Below, one piece after another: positions 7,560-17,653 of a DNA stretch of 64,000 nt. Each line of letters begins with the position of its first letter. The first letter of the stretch is position 1. Made by a program: the position numbers and the translations under genes. Below the pieces are notes generated by a model, which was not told the DNA's origin, searched no databases, and was given only the letters and a program-made list of their open reading frames with translations. Source of the DNA: a virus (Duplodnaviria > Caudoviricetes); IMG/VR virus record IMGVR_UViG_3300031998_000024, positions 59,872 through 123,871 of that record, one strand, 5' to 3'.

Positions 7560-10064
7560 ATGAAAAAGAGCAGAAAGGCTTTGGAGACAATTGCCCTTGG
7601 ATATTCTGAGGGCATTGTCTCTGTTGATATTTTGATTAAGGCTTGTAATCATTATAAGTTACAAGAGAATCTTGTTGGTAATTTTGAATATGATAAGAAA
7701 GTATCAAAGTCTTTATTTGACCAACTTAATGGTGTTAAACCTAATAAAGAATTATTGAAAGCAATAGTTCCTGGTCAAACTAAATATGTTGATGGCGTTC
7801 TTTATATTTATTCCGCAACCAAACAAGGTAGTAAAACCGATTACGGATGGCATGTCGCTCAAAAGTCTAAGGTCGGTAAGGGTTCAACGCTTGATGATAA
7901 GGCTGCTAAGGCTGCTGAGAGTGCGGTTAATGAATTATTCCCAGTAGATATAGCGAGTGTTACTGAAGTTAAGCGTTTAGGCGGTTCAACAGGTGCTAAA
8001 CTCGTTAAGGATGTTAAGGGTAATGAATATGTAATGAAGCGTGTTGATAAGTCTATAAATCCGAAGGGAAATGCTGAGCATATCCGTTCAGAGTATGTGG
8101 CCAATATGCTTTATAACATCTTAGGTCAACGCACTCCTGATTATGAACTTTATGATGCTGATACCGATGACCCGAAACTTTTAAGCAGATTTATTCCAGG
8201 AACAAGACAGCCTAATAGTAGAGATTTTGCTAAAATGTCTGAAGGCTTTATAGCAGACATTCTTTTGGCTAACTGGGATGTTTATATGAACGACAATTGC
8301 TTAATTGATGCTGGTGGTAATGTAATTAGGGTTGATAATGGCGGTTGTTTAGCGTTTCGTGCTAAGGGTGAATTAAAGTCGCCTCCGTTTGATGGTGATG
8401 TGAATCGTACATACCGAGATATGTTGAACTACAACAGTTTGTTAGCAAAATATCTTGTTGACGAAAATGTTGTTCAACAGATTGATAACGCTTTGGCTAA
8501 GCGTGATGATATTGTTAATTTCTTGAAAGAATCGGGGGATGATAATTTAGCAAACATCTTTGGACAGAGAATAGATGGATTGAAAACTATTCGTGACCAA
8601 ATCAATGCTAATATTGCTCGTAAGGCTGCCTTGGCCGCTGCTAAAGCAGGTAAGATACCTCCGAGAAAACTCATGCCTAAGCAAGAAATGTATCGTGCCT
8701 TAGAGGATGATGAGTTAGAGGATGTTTTCAATGAAGTTGCTCAGATGTGCGGTGGTCAAAAAGATAGAGCGTTGACTAATACAGATTCAACATTCGGTTG
8801 GTCTATATTATCACGGATTTGTCAATTACGCGGATTTGATGCGAGACCAAAAGTTGTAACAGAAGCGGATTTTTGGAAAGAGGCTGCTAAGGCTGATTTG
8901 CCATTAATGTTAAGAGGTAATGCTTCAGGTGGCGGTAAAACCGCTGGTGAGTATGCTGATATGTTCCGTTATGACGATGTTTGTTTTTATGGAAAGGCAG
9001 GAATTTGGGGACAGGGTATTTATGCCCATACGGATGATAAAAACGACAAATGGATTAGGTATCAATCTAAGGCTGATGACTATGACCGCAAAGATGATGT
9101 GAATTTACATTCAACGCAAACTAACTATAAATCAACTCAAGGATATATTGATGCATTTTCTTATGCTGGTAGTAGCGATGAAGGTGTCTTGAAGATACTT
9201 TGGGAAAAGGGAGCGAATGTTGTAAATATTGAAGACCTTATAAACGAAATTAAGGCTACACCTCCTCAATTGAAGGATAAAAAATTGTTTGCTACAATTC
9301 AATCTTTACAAAAACAGTTGAATACTGTTAAGAGTGAATGGACAAACGCAAAACTTGCTCTTCAGAATATATCTAAAACTATTCAAGATACAGTGCGTAA
9401 GAAAATGCACTATGATGAAGATGCTATTGCTGAGATGTATGACACAATCGATAATACCGATTGGGGAAATCGTAATGCTCAAGGTAAATTTGATTATCCT
9501 TCTTATGATGACTTTGTAGTTGGTAAGATGGTTGAGTGGGTTACTAAGAATGGCGGTAAGGCTAAGATTGATAAGGATTTTGTTGTATTTGAAATCAATG
9601 GTCAAAGAGAATCAATAGCAAGAGAATCTTGGGAAAATAACGCTATACGAAGAAAAAGTGCTATCACTTCACCATATCATTATCAAGCAGAATTATTTAA
9701 GACCTTTATGGAAACAAACTGTATAGGTAAAGTTCAAAAGGCTATTGATTTTGCTTTGAGACATTCGACTGATGCTACTGCTAAGGCTCAGGCTGAAGCT
9801 GATACCAAAGAAAAGGAATATTACAAGATTGACGCTGATTTGAAGCAAGCGATGCAGAACAGTGTTAGTGATTCCTTGTATTCATATATTTATAGCAAAG
9901 TTAAAGGATTAGGATTGCGTGATAGCGGCGACAATATGTCAGTCGTTGGTATTTATGCTGCTATGAAGGGATATGATGGTATCTATATTCACAACGGCAA
10001 TGATTGGAATCATGGCTTTAATGTGATATTGAACAGAAGTAAGGTAATAACATCAATGGAGTAA
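7560..10064 (+). CDS. PI3K/HipA-like kinase domain fused to a putative ADP-ribosyltransferase-like domain
   Basis: LGGSTGA..YVMK, SEYVA, LANWDV..DN, RVDNGG; later LMLRG..GIWGQGIY..YAAMKGYDGI..VILNRS. Confidence 0.65.
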   Translation: MKKSRKALETIALGYSEGIVSVDILIKACNHYKLQENLVGNFEYDKKVSKSLFDQLNGVKPNKELLKAIVPGQTKYVDGVLYIYSATKQGSKTDYGWHVAQKSKVGKGSTLDDKAAKAAESAVNELFPVDIASVTEVKRLGGSTGAKLVKDVKGNEYVMKRVDKSINPKGNAEHIRSEYVANMLYNILGQRTPDYELYDADTDDPKLLSRFIPGTRQPNSRDFAKMSEGFIADILLANWDVYMNDNCLIDAGGNVIRVDNGGCLAFRAKGELKSPPFDGDVNRTYRDMLNYNSLLAKYLVDENVVQQIDNALAKRDDIVNFLKESGDDNLANIFGQRIDGLKTIRDQINANIARKAALAAAKAGKIPPRKLMPKQEMYRALEDDELEDVFNEVAQMCGGQKDRALTNTDSTFGWSILSRICQLRGFDARPKVVTEADFWKEAAKADLPLMLRGNASGGGKTAGEYADMFRYDDVCFYGKAGIWGQGIYAHTDDKNDKWIRYQSKADDYDRKDDVNLHSTQTNYKSTQGYIDAFSYAGSSDEGVLKILWEKGANVVNIEDLINEIKATPPQLKDKKLFATIQSLQKQLNTVKSEWTNAKLALQNISKTIQDTVRKKMHYDEDAIAEMYDTIDNTDWGNRNAQGKFDYPSYDDFVVGKMVEWVTKNGGKAKIDKDFVVFEINGQRESIARESWENNAIRRKSAITSPYHYQAELFKTFMETNCIGKVQKAIDFALRHSTDATAKAQAEADTKEKEYYKIDADLKQAMQNSVSDSLYSYIYSKVKGLGLRDSGDNMSVVGIYAAMKGYDGIYIHNGNDWNHGFNVILNRSKVITSME

Positions 10065-10069
10065 GAATC

Positions 10070-10450
10070 ATGGAAGGCAAGATAAATTTATTTGATGTTC
10101 TGAATAATACAATGACTTATATCAGAGCAAAAAATCCGAGTAATTTGTTGCCATTTAAGGGTGATTTACCTATAATCAAACCTTGGCAAGAGGATTTGTT
10201 TAGAGAGGGTACAAACGGAAAACATTGGCTTGAAGAATGCGATGATTGGATTCAAAGAGTCTTAATCAAGGCTCAGCGTATTGCTGACATTGATAACGGA
10301 TTTCGTGAGTATCTTTATAACAACGGTATTCATCATGAGTATTTCAAAATGAATGGTGAGAAAAAGGTCGTTGAGATAAAAAGATTTCTTGACTCTAATA
10401 GTCTTACTATTGATGATTTGATAATTACTAATGATGATGCAATGGAGTAA
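10070..10450 (+). CDS. hypothetical protein
   Basis: 126 aa ORF in operon context. Confidence 0.7.
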   Translation: MEGKINLFDVLNNTMTYIRAKNPSNLLPFKGDLPIIKPWQEDLFREGTNGKHWLEECDDWIQRVLIKAQRIADIDNGFREYLYNNGIHHEYFKMNGEKKVVEIKRFLDSNSLTIDDLIITNDDAME

Positions 10451-10476
10451 GTGTTATTCATAATACATTTGTTTTT

Positions 10477-10507
10477 CAGGCTGGGGTGTAAATTCCAGCC
10501 TGTTTTT
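10477..10507 (+). terminator. intrinsic terminator
   Basis: CAGGCTGG/CCAGCCTG stem + T run. Confidence 0.75.
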
Positions 10508-10550
10508 ATTTTATCAGGGTTAATACTTTAAGCATTAAATCATTATAATT

Positions 10551-10988
10551 ATGTTAAATAGTACAACAATTAAGGTTATTACCGAAGGTCAAAAATTAGA
10601 GTATGCTACACCTCAAAGTAGCGGTATGGATTTAAGAGCAAACAACGATGAAACAATCATCTTAAAGGTAGGCGAAAGAAAATTGATACCAACTGGTATT
10701 AAAGTTCAATTAGCAGAAGGTACTGAAATGCAAATACGCAGTCGCAGCGGTTTGGCTTTGAAAAAGGGGATTATTGTTTGGAATGCTCCTGGGACTATTG
10801 ATGCTGATTATAGGGGTGAAGTTGGCGTAATCCTTTATAACGGAGGCGATGAAGATTTTGAAATCAATAAGGGTGATAGGATTGCTCAAGCAGTAGTTGT
10901 TCCATATCTTAAAGCATTTGTTAATTATGTTGACAAATTAGACGATACGCAAAGAGGTGAAGGTGGATTTGGACATACTGGAGTTTGA
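10551..10988 (+). CDS. dut: trimeric dUTPase
   Basis: SGMDLRA, RSRSGLA, GTIDADYRGE, GDRIAQ, RGEGGFGHTG. Confidence 0.97.
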   Translation: MLNSTTIKVITEGQKLEYATPQSSGMDLRANNDETIILKVGERKLIPTGIKVQLAEGTEMQIRSRSGLALKKGIIVWNAPGTIDADYRGEVGVILYNGGDEDFEINKGDRIAQAVVVPYLKAFVNYVDKLDDTQRGEGGFGHTGV

Positions 10989-10990
10989 TT

Positions 10991-11281
10991 ATGAATGAAC
11001 GCGGTTTTGTTTATAAGGTCGTAAAAAATATTGAATCAAAATTTAGCGGTGTAATATCATACGCTTATTTAGATTTCAATATCAACAAAACATATAGATG
11101 GTGGTGTGTTTGTATTGATAATTACGAATTATATACATCTGCTGAGTTTAGGAATTTCGCAAATAATTGGCAAAAACTATCTAAAAAAATAAACGCAAAA
11201 ATAGTTTTTGTTTATTGTATTCCGAAAGAAAAGAAACTGATTGAACTTTCAGAAAATAATAATCTAATCATGAATGTTTGA
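10991..11281 (+). CDS. hypothetical protein
   Basis: ORF, probable ATG at 10991. Confidence 0.6.
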   Translation: MNERGFVYKVVKNIESKFSGVISYAYLDFNINKTYRWWCVCIDNYELYTSAEFRNFANNWQKLSKKINAKIVFVYCIPKEKKLIELSENNNLIMNV

Positions 11282-11283
11282 AG

Positions 11284-11313
11284 TTATCCGTCCATACGAC
11301 GGATAATTTTTTT
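11284..11313 (+). terminator. intrinsic terminator
   Basis: TTATCCGTC/GACGGATAA stem + T run. Confidence 0.7.
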
Positions 11314-11365
11314 GCTAAAATTAAAAATTTTTTGGCGAAATTTTATTTTGTATTGAATTTTTATC

Positions 11366-11373
11366 TAATTTTG
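11366..11373 (+). promoter_or_regulatory. Bacteroidota sigma-A -7 box
   Basis: TAATTTTG matches TAnnTTTG upstream of the helicase gene. Confidence 0.55.
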
Positions 11374-11434
11374 CATTGAAAAACTCAGCAAAATAAAACT
11401 TAGCAAAGTTTATAATATCAAAATAACAACGACT

Positions 11435-12920
11435 ATGAAATTCAAACCAAGTAAGTATCAAAGAGTTGTCTATCAATTCATCAAGAGTTGTAAGGGCAAT
11501 GCGGTTGTAGAAGCTGTTGCAGGCAGCGGTAAAAGTACAACAATTGTTAATGCAATAGATATTATTCCCGAAGACAAGAAAATATTATTTCTTGCTTTCA
11601 ATAAAAGCATTGTTACTGAGTTGCAAAAAGAAAATCGGGAATAAACCTAATTGCGATATTAAGACACTTCACAGTCTTGGAGCAAAACAGTTGATGTATT
11701 ATCTTCATTCTCAGATTGATGATACAAAATATAAATCATACCTAAATAGCGGAATTGAATCTGGTAAGTTCCACATGACCAGTACCGATTTTGGTCCATC
11801 TGCAAAAGAAGATTGGAAGCGAAATATTTTACAGTTGATTGACCTTGGTCGCGTTAATCTTTGCAATGATATAAATGATTTAGATGATGTAGCATTCAAA
11901 TTTCAAATGTTTATCGTTGATAATGAGTGTGAAATTGCTTGGAATATTATTCAGTGGGGTAAGACTAACACAAGCATTATAGATTTTACTGATATGATTT
12001 ATTTACCCGTTGTTTTGGATTTGAGAATGTGGAAATACGATTGGGTATTTATTGATGAATGTCAGGATTTGAATGCCGCTCAAAGAGAATTGTTTTTGCG
12101 CTGTATTAAATCTAAAACTGGTAGATTTATTGCTGTAGGCGATAGAATGCAGAGCATTTACGGATTTAGTGGTGCTGATGAAGAGAGTTTCAACAAACTT
12201 AGACAATTGCCACATACCGCTAAATTACCGCTTTCAATCTGTTATCGTTGTGATAAAGATATTATACAATTAGCAAAGCAATATGTTCCTCAAATTGAGG
12301 CAAGAGATAATGCTGATAACGGAGTGGTTGAAATGAATTCTAAGGTAGCGGATGTTAAAGATGGTGATATGATTCTTTGCCGTACTACTGCGCCGCTTGT
12401 GAAACTTTGTATTCAATATATTTCGTCAGGTGTTAAGGCTTATGTGAAGGGTAGAGATATAGGAGTTAATTTAATCAATATGATTAAAAAGACTAATAAG
12501 AAAAACATTGCTGACTGCTATTCTTACTTTGATAAGGAGTTGGAAAAGATTTGTGAAAGGGTTATAAAGAAAACACATTGCACAAGCGAGGAGGCAAAAG
12601 ATAGCGACATTTACAGAACATATCAAGATAAGATTGATGCTATTAATATTCTTTCTGAAGGTTTGACTACATGCGATGAGGTTATGAATCATATTACCGA
12701 AATTTTCAAGGATGAAAACGGTCAAGGTATTTGCCTCAGCACAATTCATAAGAGTAAGGGTTTGGAAAGCGATAGAGTGTTTGTATTGTGTCCTGAAAAA
12801 CTGTTTCTGAAAAGTGCTATGAGGATTCCGTGGCAAGCAGAACAAGAAAAGAATTTAGTATATGTTTGCGTCACAAGAGCGAAGCATTTCTTAGGTTACA
12901 TATCGGATTTCAAAGCCTAA
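11435..12920 (+). pseudogene. UvrD/Rep SF1 helicase interrupted by a 1-nt frameshift
   Basis: Frame A has AVAGSGKS and LAFN then stops at 11644; frame B has TLHS, IDECQD, VGD..QSIYGFSGA, STIHKSKGLE, YVCVTRAK; extra A in run 11625-11629. Confidence 0.85.
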
Positions 12921-13108
12921 TAAATAAAGAATGTGGTTGAATCCTTTGTAATATGCTATTAGCAATGTTTTCTACTAAATAGATAATACGGAAGTCAATC
13001 ACGGGTTAAAAATTGTTTAGCACTAATGTAATGCTTGATAAATTCTCTGTCTGCCAATTACAAACTTCAAAAATCAACCGAGATATTTATAATTATAAAA
13101 CTTAATTG

Positions 13109-13462
13109 ATGATGTCACCACAATTAGAAGCGTATGTTGCACAACAAGAGCAACTTTTTAAGATGAAACAAACAACGCTATCCTTCAAAGAAGCGGATTG
13201 GTTCATTAATTTCAATTCATACGATAAAACAACAGCATTAGTAATTCCTGGAGCTGATGGAATTGGTGTTATGTTTATCGTTCTTAATGGTAATCATATA
13301 GCCGATTTTCAGAAGGTTATTGATGAGTATAAGAATTGGAGTGAAGAAATAAACGGATGTTTAGGTGAATGTATTCGTTGGGCAATTAAACAAGATGATA
13401 TTATCCCACAAAGATGTACCATAGGCGTGTTTAACCAAAAGATAAAATTTGTTCAAAAATGA
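13109..13462 (+). CDS. hypothetical protein
   Basis: ORF with AT-rich leader. Confidence 0.65.
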   Translation: MMSPQLEAYVAQQEQLFKMKQTTLSFKEADWFINFNSYDKTTALVIPGADGIGVMFIVLNGNHIADFQKVIDEYKNWSEEINGCLGECIRWAIKQDDIIPQRCTIGVFNQKIKFVQK

Positions 13463-13648
13463 TAAATTCCGAAAACATAGTTTATATAAACGCTTGGGCA
13501 ATGTGCCAGGATAACAGGGGGTAAACTACTCACAACCCAAGCCATCCGTACCATAAGAAAATCATACAATCTTATTGCGTTAGGGGGTAGGGGGTTAAAC
13601 TCTTGCTTTATCTACATTCCTCCCATAGAAAATTAAAAAATAAACAAA

Positions 13649-13789
13649 ATGATAGATTTTTTTGGCGCATGTTTGGTAATTTGGTTTGATGAATTGAATT
13701 ACTACTTTACAAAATACGGCGTTGATACGCTTGATGCCTTAGATGATTTGCTTTGGTTTACATTCGGAGTTGATTTAATTGTATTGTAA
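13649..13789 (+). CDS. small hydrophobic protein (46 aa)
   Basis: MIDFFGACLVIW...GVDLIVL-TAA abutting the ATG at 13791. Confidence 0.5.
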   Translation: MIDFFGACLVIWFDELNYYFTKYGVDTLDALDDLLWFTFGVDLIVL

Positions 13790-13790
13790 T

Positions 13791-15284
13791 ATGATTGATG
13801 TTAAGATAAATAGAATAAACAATTTTGTTTACAGTTTTGCACTTTCAACGCATAATGGAATTAAGGCAATTTCCAGAGCGTTGACTTTCAAGAATCCTAA
13901 TCCGTATGCTTATCAGCAAACCATTACAATGTTCGATAGACAAAAACTTACTTTCAAAATAGGTATGTTTCCAACAGTAATCGAATATTTGAATGATAAT
14001 AATATTCCTTATGAGGTAGATGATTATGATTTTGATTTACCCGATGGAGTTGTTATTGATGATAGGATGAGTGGTAAATACATTCATCAGGCTAAGGCTG
14101 TTGAAGCGTTTTACAAGCGTAGATTTGGAATTATTCAAGTACCAACGCGTGGTGGAAAAACCTTTATTATGTCTGAGATATTACGAATTTTCTTGGATAC
14201 AGATGATGGAAACTTTTTGTTTTGCGTTGACAATGTTACGCTTTTTAATCAGGCTGTTGATGATATAAAGAAGTTTTTTGAAAGATATGACGGGATTGAA
14301 GTTGGTGAAATTAAGGCTGGTCATGTAGATACAAGTAAGAGAGTAACTGTTGCTATGATTCAGACTATACAAGCAACCTTTGGTGAGCGTTGTCATGATG
14401 CTGTTAAGCAGAGAAATCTAAAAGCGTATCTGAAAAATCTCAAGTTTTTATCTGTTGATGAGATACATGATAATGTTTCGGATTCAAAGTTGAAGTTGTA
14501 TAAGATGTGTAAAAATATTGATTATTTGCTGCTTCTTTCTGCAACTCCATATAAAAGCGAAACACCGATTCAGAATATCAAATTACAAGAATGGAGTGGT
14601 GATATAATCTATACAATTACAGAAGAGGAATTGCGTGAGCGTAAAGTGTTGTCTGATTATAAAGTCTTTTTGTTCGCAGTAAATCACAATCAGATTGATT
14701 ACGATATTGAAGATGATGACTATCAAACTCTGAGAGATAGGTTGATTTTCAAATCAGATATACGAAATAATGCTTTGATTAACATAATCCGTATTTTGAA
14801 CAAATTAGAGTTGAAAACGCTTGTGTTGTTCCAATCTATTGAACATGGAGAAGTTATATCAAAACGGGTTGGTTTTCCGTTTATTTGTGGTAAAAATAGT
14901 CAAGCGGAAAGAAATAGGGAAAAGGAAAAATTTTTGCATAAGAAACGCGGTGGTATTCTTTTAGCGTCTAACATATTCAAAAAAGGTGTTACGCTGCCTG
15001 AATGTGAAGTGATAATAATAGTAGATGAGGGGTTGGAGGTTTCATCTGTTATTCAGAAAAAAGGTCGTACATTAGGAGTTACTGAAACCAAGGTAAAGAG
15101 TTTGGTAATAGATTTCATTGATATTTACGATGTATATTTCAGTGAACATTCTGAGAGCCGTTTAGAAACATATGTTAGTGAAATAGGAGAAAAGAATGTT
15201 GGTTTGTTAGATGTTACTGATGAGGATTACCTATATACATTTGAATGTTGGGTAAGGAAATGGTTTGGCATTAAGTCGCTTTAA
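13791..15284 (+). CDS. SF2 DExH helicase (UvsW-like)
   Basis: PTRGGKT, VDEIH, LSATP, QKKGRTL. Confidence 0.9.
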   Translation: MIDVKINRINNFVYSFALSTHNGIKAISRALTFKNPNPYAYQQTITMFDRQKLTFKIGMFPTVIEYLNDNNIPYEVDDYDFDLPDGVVIDDRMSGKYIHQAKAVEAFYKRRFGIIQVPTRGGKTFIMSEILRIFLDTDDGNFLFCVDNVTLFNQAVDDIKKFFERYDGIEVGEIKAGHVDTSKRVTVAMIQTIQATFGERCHDAVKQRNLKAYLKNLKFLSVDEIHDNVSDSKLKLYKMCKNIDYLLLLSATPYKSETPIQNIKLQEWSGDIIYTITEEELRERKVLSDYKVFLFAVNHNQIDYDIEDDDYQTLRDRLIFKSDIRNNALINIIRILNKLELKTLVLFQSIEHGEVISKRVGFPFICGKNSQAERNREKEKFLHKKRGGILLASNIFKKGVTLPECEVIIIVDEGLEVSSVIQKKGRTLGVTETKVKSLVIDFIDIYDVYFSEHSESRLETYVSEIGEKNVGLLDVTDEDYLYTFECWVRKWFGIKSL

Positions 15285-15895
15285 TGCCCACCGTTATTTA
15301 CCTTATGACAAGAAGACAATTATACAAGTTCGCTGTTGATTTATTCATAGAGTTACTTACACAGGTTCAGGGTAAGCGTTCCAAGCCGTATCGTTGTAAT
15401 GCTAATGATACTAATGCTTGGAACGCTTGGTGTAAATATTACGATGATAAGGGTGTTGTTATTGGTGAAGAGTTAGTCCGAAAATATATTGAATATGGAT
15501 TACAATCGTGGTTTAATCCAGATATTCAATATACACAACGCATGAATGTTCGTTTTAGTTGGATATTTGGTTCAGCAGCGATACAGCGTTGGAATGCTTT
15601 ACCTTCTTCAGTTAGACAGTTTTATGTTACATCTTCTTTGAAAAAGGATTATGTGATAAAAAGGAAGGTGAAATCCAAGCGTTTAACATCGTTACTATTA
15701 AGAGTAAGACCTATTGAAGAAAAGTTTAAACACGAGTATTTGAATACAAAAAGAGGTTTGTTATGGTGTAAGGCTAATACAACGCTTTATCTTCATAAAA
15801 GTTCTGCTTGTGCTATTTGTGATTATAAGGATGAATGTAAGGAAATGTTGAAAAATAACATGCCTAATGTTTATCGTTTAAGAGGTTATAAATAA
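15284..15895 (+). CDS. hypothetical replication-associated protein with C-terminal Cys cluster
   Basis: Between helicases; C..CAICDYKDEC. Confidence 0.65.
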   Translation: MPTVIYLMTRRQLYKFAVDLFIELLTQVQGKRSKPYRCNANDTNAWNAWCKYYDDKGVVIGEELVRKYIEYGLQSWFNPDIQYTQRMNVRFSWIFGSAAIQRWNALPSSVRQFYVTSSLKKDYVIKRKVKSKRLTSLLLRVRPIEEKFKHEYLNTKRGLLWCKANTTLYLHKSSACAICDYKDECKEMLKNNMPNVYRLRGYK

Positions 15896-15903
15896 GAATT
15901 ATC

Positions 15904-17286
15904 ATGGCAACAGATAGATTATCGGAAAACTTTATTACAGAATTATTTGCTTATGCTTTATCAAGAAAAACTACTTTTGAGATTGTTAAGGCTTATTTGA
16001 AATATAGTTACCTTCAACAAGAATCTGAAAAGAAGTTATGGCAATGGGCAACGCGTCAATTTGATAAAGTCGGTAGAGTTCCGACAATAGGACAGATTCA
16101 GCAGGAATTTGTAAAAAACGATAGTGTATTAGAATTGATTGCTGATATAGCGGATGTTGAGGTTGATGATAAAGTTGAAGCCCATAATAATATACTTTCA
16201 ACTTTCCAAGACTATCTTAGACAGATGAAGTTTTTGGAAAGTAATGATAAGTTGGTTGAAACTTATAATAAGGGTGAAAAAGAAAAGGCATACCGATTGT
16301 TTGTAAGTTTGGCTGAGGACTTAGATAAATTTTCTATTCTTGATGCATCGTTTGAACCAGTGTTTGGCGGTTTTGATAATCGAATGGCAGAGCGTAGAAA
16401 TACCGATTACAATTCAACATTCAAAGTTGCCACTATGATTGATGAATTAGATGAAATTCTTGATGGTGGTGTTGAGAGTAGTGAATATGTACTTTGGATG
16501 GGAGCGTCAGGTGCTGGTAAATCTCAATTGTTAGTACATCTTGGTATAGCGGCAGCGCGTCAGGGTTATCGCGTTGCTCATTTTCAATTAGAAGGTACGA
16601 AAAAGCAATGTTTAGATAGATATGATGCCGCTTGGACTGGTACTTTGTATCGTGATATGAAAGTGGGTGAGGTTGGTAAGAAGAAGGAAAAGGCTTTGAA
16701 GCAGATAGTTGAAAAAATGCGGAAGAATGATATTTATGTTTCGTCTTGTGAAGATTGGGGTGGTAAAAGTATTGTTGATGTGAGAAGAGAGTTGAAGGAT
16801 TTGGAAAAGAAGGTTGGTAAGATTCATGTTATACTTATAGACTATTTGGAGTTGGCTGAATTAGGTGATGGAAAGAATTATGGAGTAGGTGATGAGCGTT
16901 TTCGTCAGGAGAAATTAAGTAGGGCTATGAAAACACTTGCTATGGAATTTAATGCCGTAGTGCATTCAGCAACTCAAACTAATACACCGAGTAAAGAAGA
17001 AACTGATGACCCTGAATATGTTTTTTCGCGTTTTAATCTAAATGAATCAAAGGGTAAGATTAGACCAACCGATGGTTTTATGACTTTGAATGTAACTTCA
17101 GATGAACGCGCTGAACAATTTATGCGTATCTATGTAGATAAAGCAAGAGAACACGCTGGTGGTCAGATTATACATATTTGTAATAATTTTTCATATTCAC
17201 GCTTTTACGATAGAGTTAGAACAACACAGATTGCCGATGAAGATGGTTGGGATGTTGCCGGCAAGAATAGGGATGATGACGACTAA
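15904..17286 (+). CDS. dnaB: replicative DnaB-family helicase
   Basis: GASGAGKS, FQLE, ILIDYL, SATQ, DKAR; adjacent primase. Confidence 0.9.
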   Translation: MATDRLSENFITELFAYALSRKTTFEIVKAYLKYSYLQQESEKKLWQWATRQFDKVGRVPTIGQIQQEFVKNDSVLELIADIADVEVDDKVEAHNNILSTFQDYLRQMKFLESNDKLVETYNKGEKEKAYRLFVSLAEDLDKFSILDASFEPVFGGFDNRMAERRNTDYNSTFKVATMIDELDEILDGGVESSEYVLWMGASGAGKSQLLVHLGIAAARQGYRVAHFQLEGTKKQCLDRYDAAWTGTLYRDMKVGEVGKKKEKALKQIVEKMRKNDIYVSSCEDWGGKSIVDVRRELKDLEKKVGKIHVILIDYLELAELGDGKNYGVGDERFRQEKLSRAMKTLAMEFNAVVHSATQTNTPSKEETDDPEYVFSRFNLNESKGKIRPTDGFMTLNVTSDERAEQFMRIYVDKAREHAGGQIIHICNNFSYSRFYDRVRTTQIADEDGWDVAGKNRDDDD

Positions 17287-17337
17287 AATATTTGAACATG
17301 ACCTATTCGCGGTTATAAAGAATTAAATTCTTGCTGT

Positions 17338-17640
17338 ATGATAGGTATTATTTACAAATTTACGATTGTCGCTAAATATAAGATGGATGGTTGTAAGCCG
17401 TTCTATATAGGTCAACACTTTGAGAAAATAAGTGAAGAATAGAAATTAAAAATATCTCAAGCGCAAAAGGTAGAATTGTTTCAGAGAACAGAATTTTGAG
17501 AGGTGAAAAACATCCTATGTATGGTAAACATCGTTCAGAGGAAACAAGGAAAAAGATAGGATTAGGAAATAAGGGTAAGATTGTTTCAGAGGAAACAAGG
17601 AGAAAAAATGGCTGAGTCAGCAAGGTTAAGAGAACAAAGA
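17338..17640 (+). pseudogene. decayed GIY-YIG homing endonuclease with NUMOD3 repeats
   Basis: MIGIIYKFT..PFYIGQH then TAG; downstream GEKHPMYGKHRSEETRKKIG..KGKIVSEETRRK. Confidence 0.8.
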
Positions 17641-17653
17641 AAAAGATTGAAAA

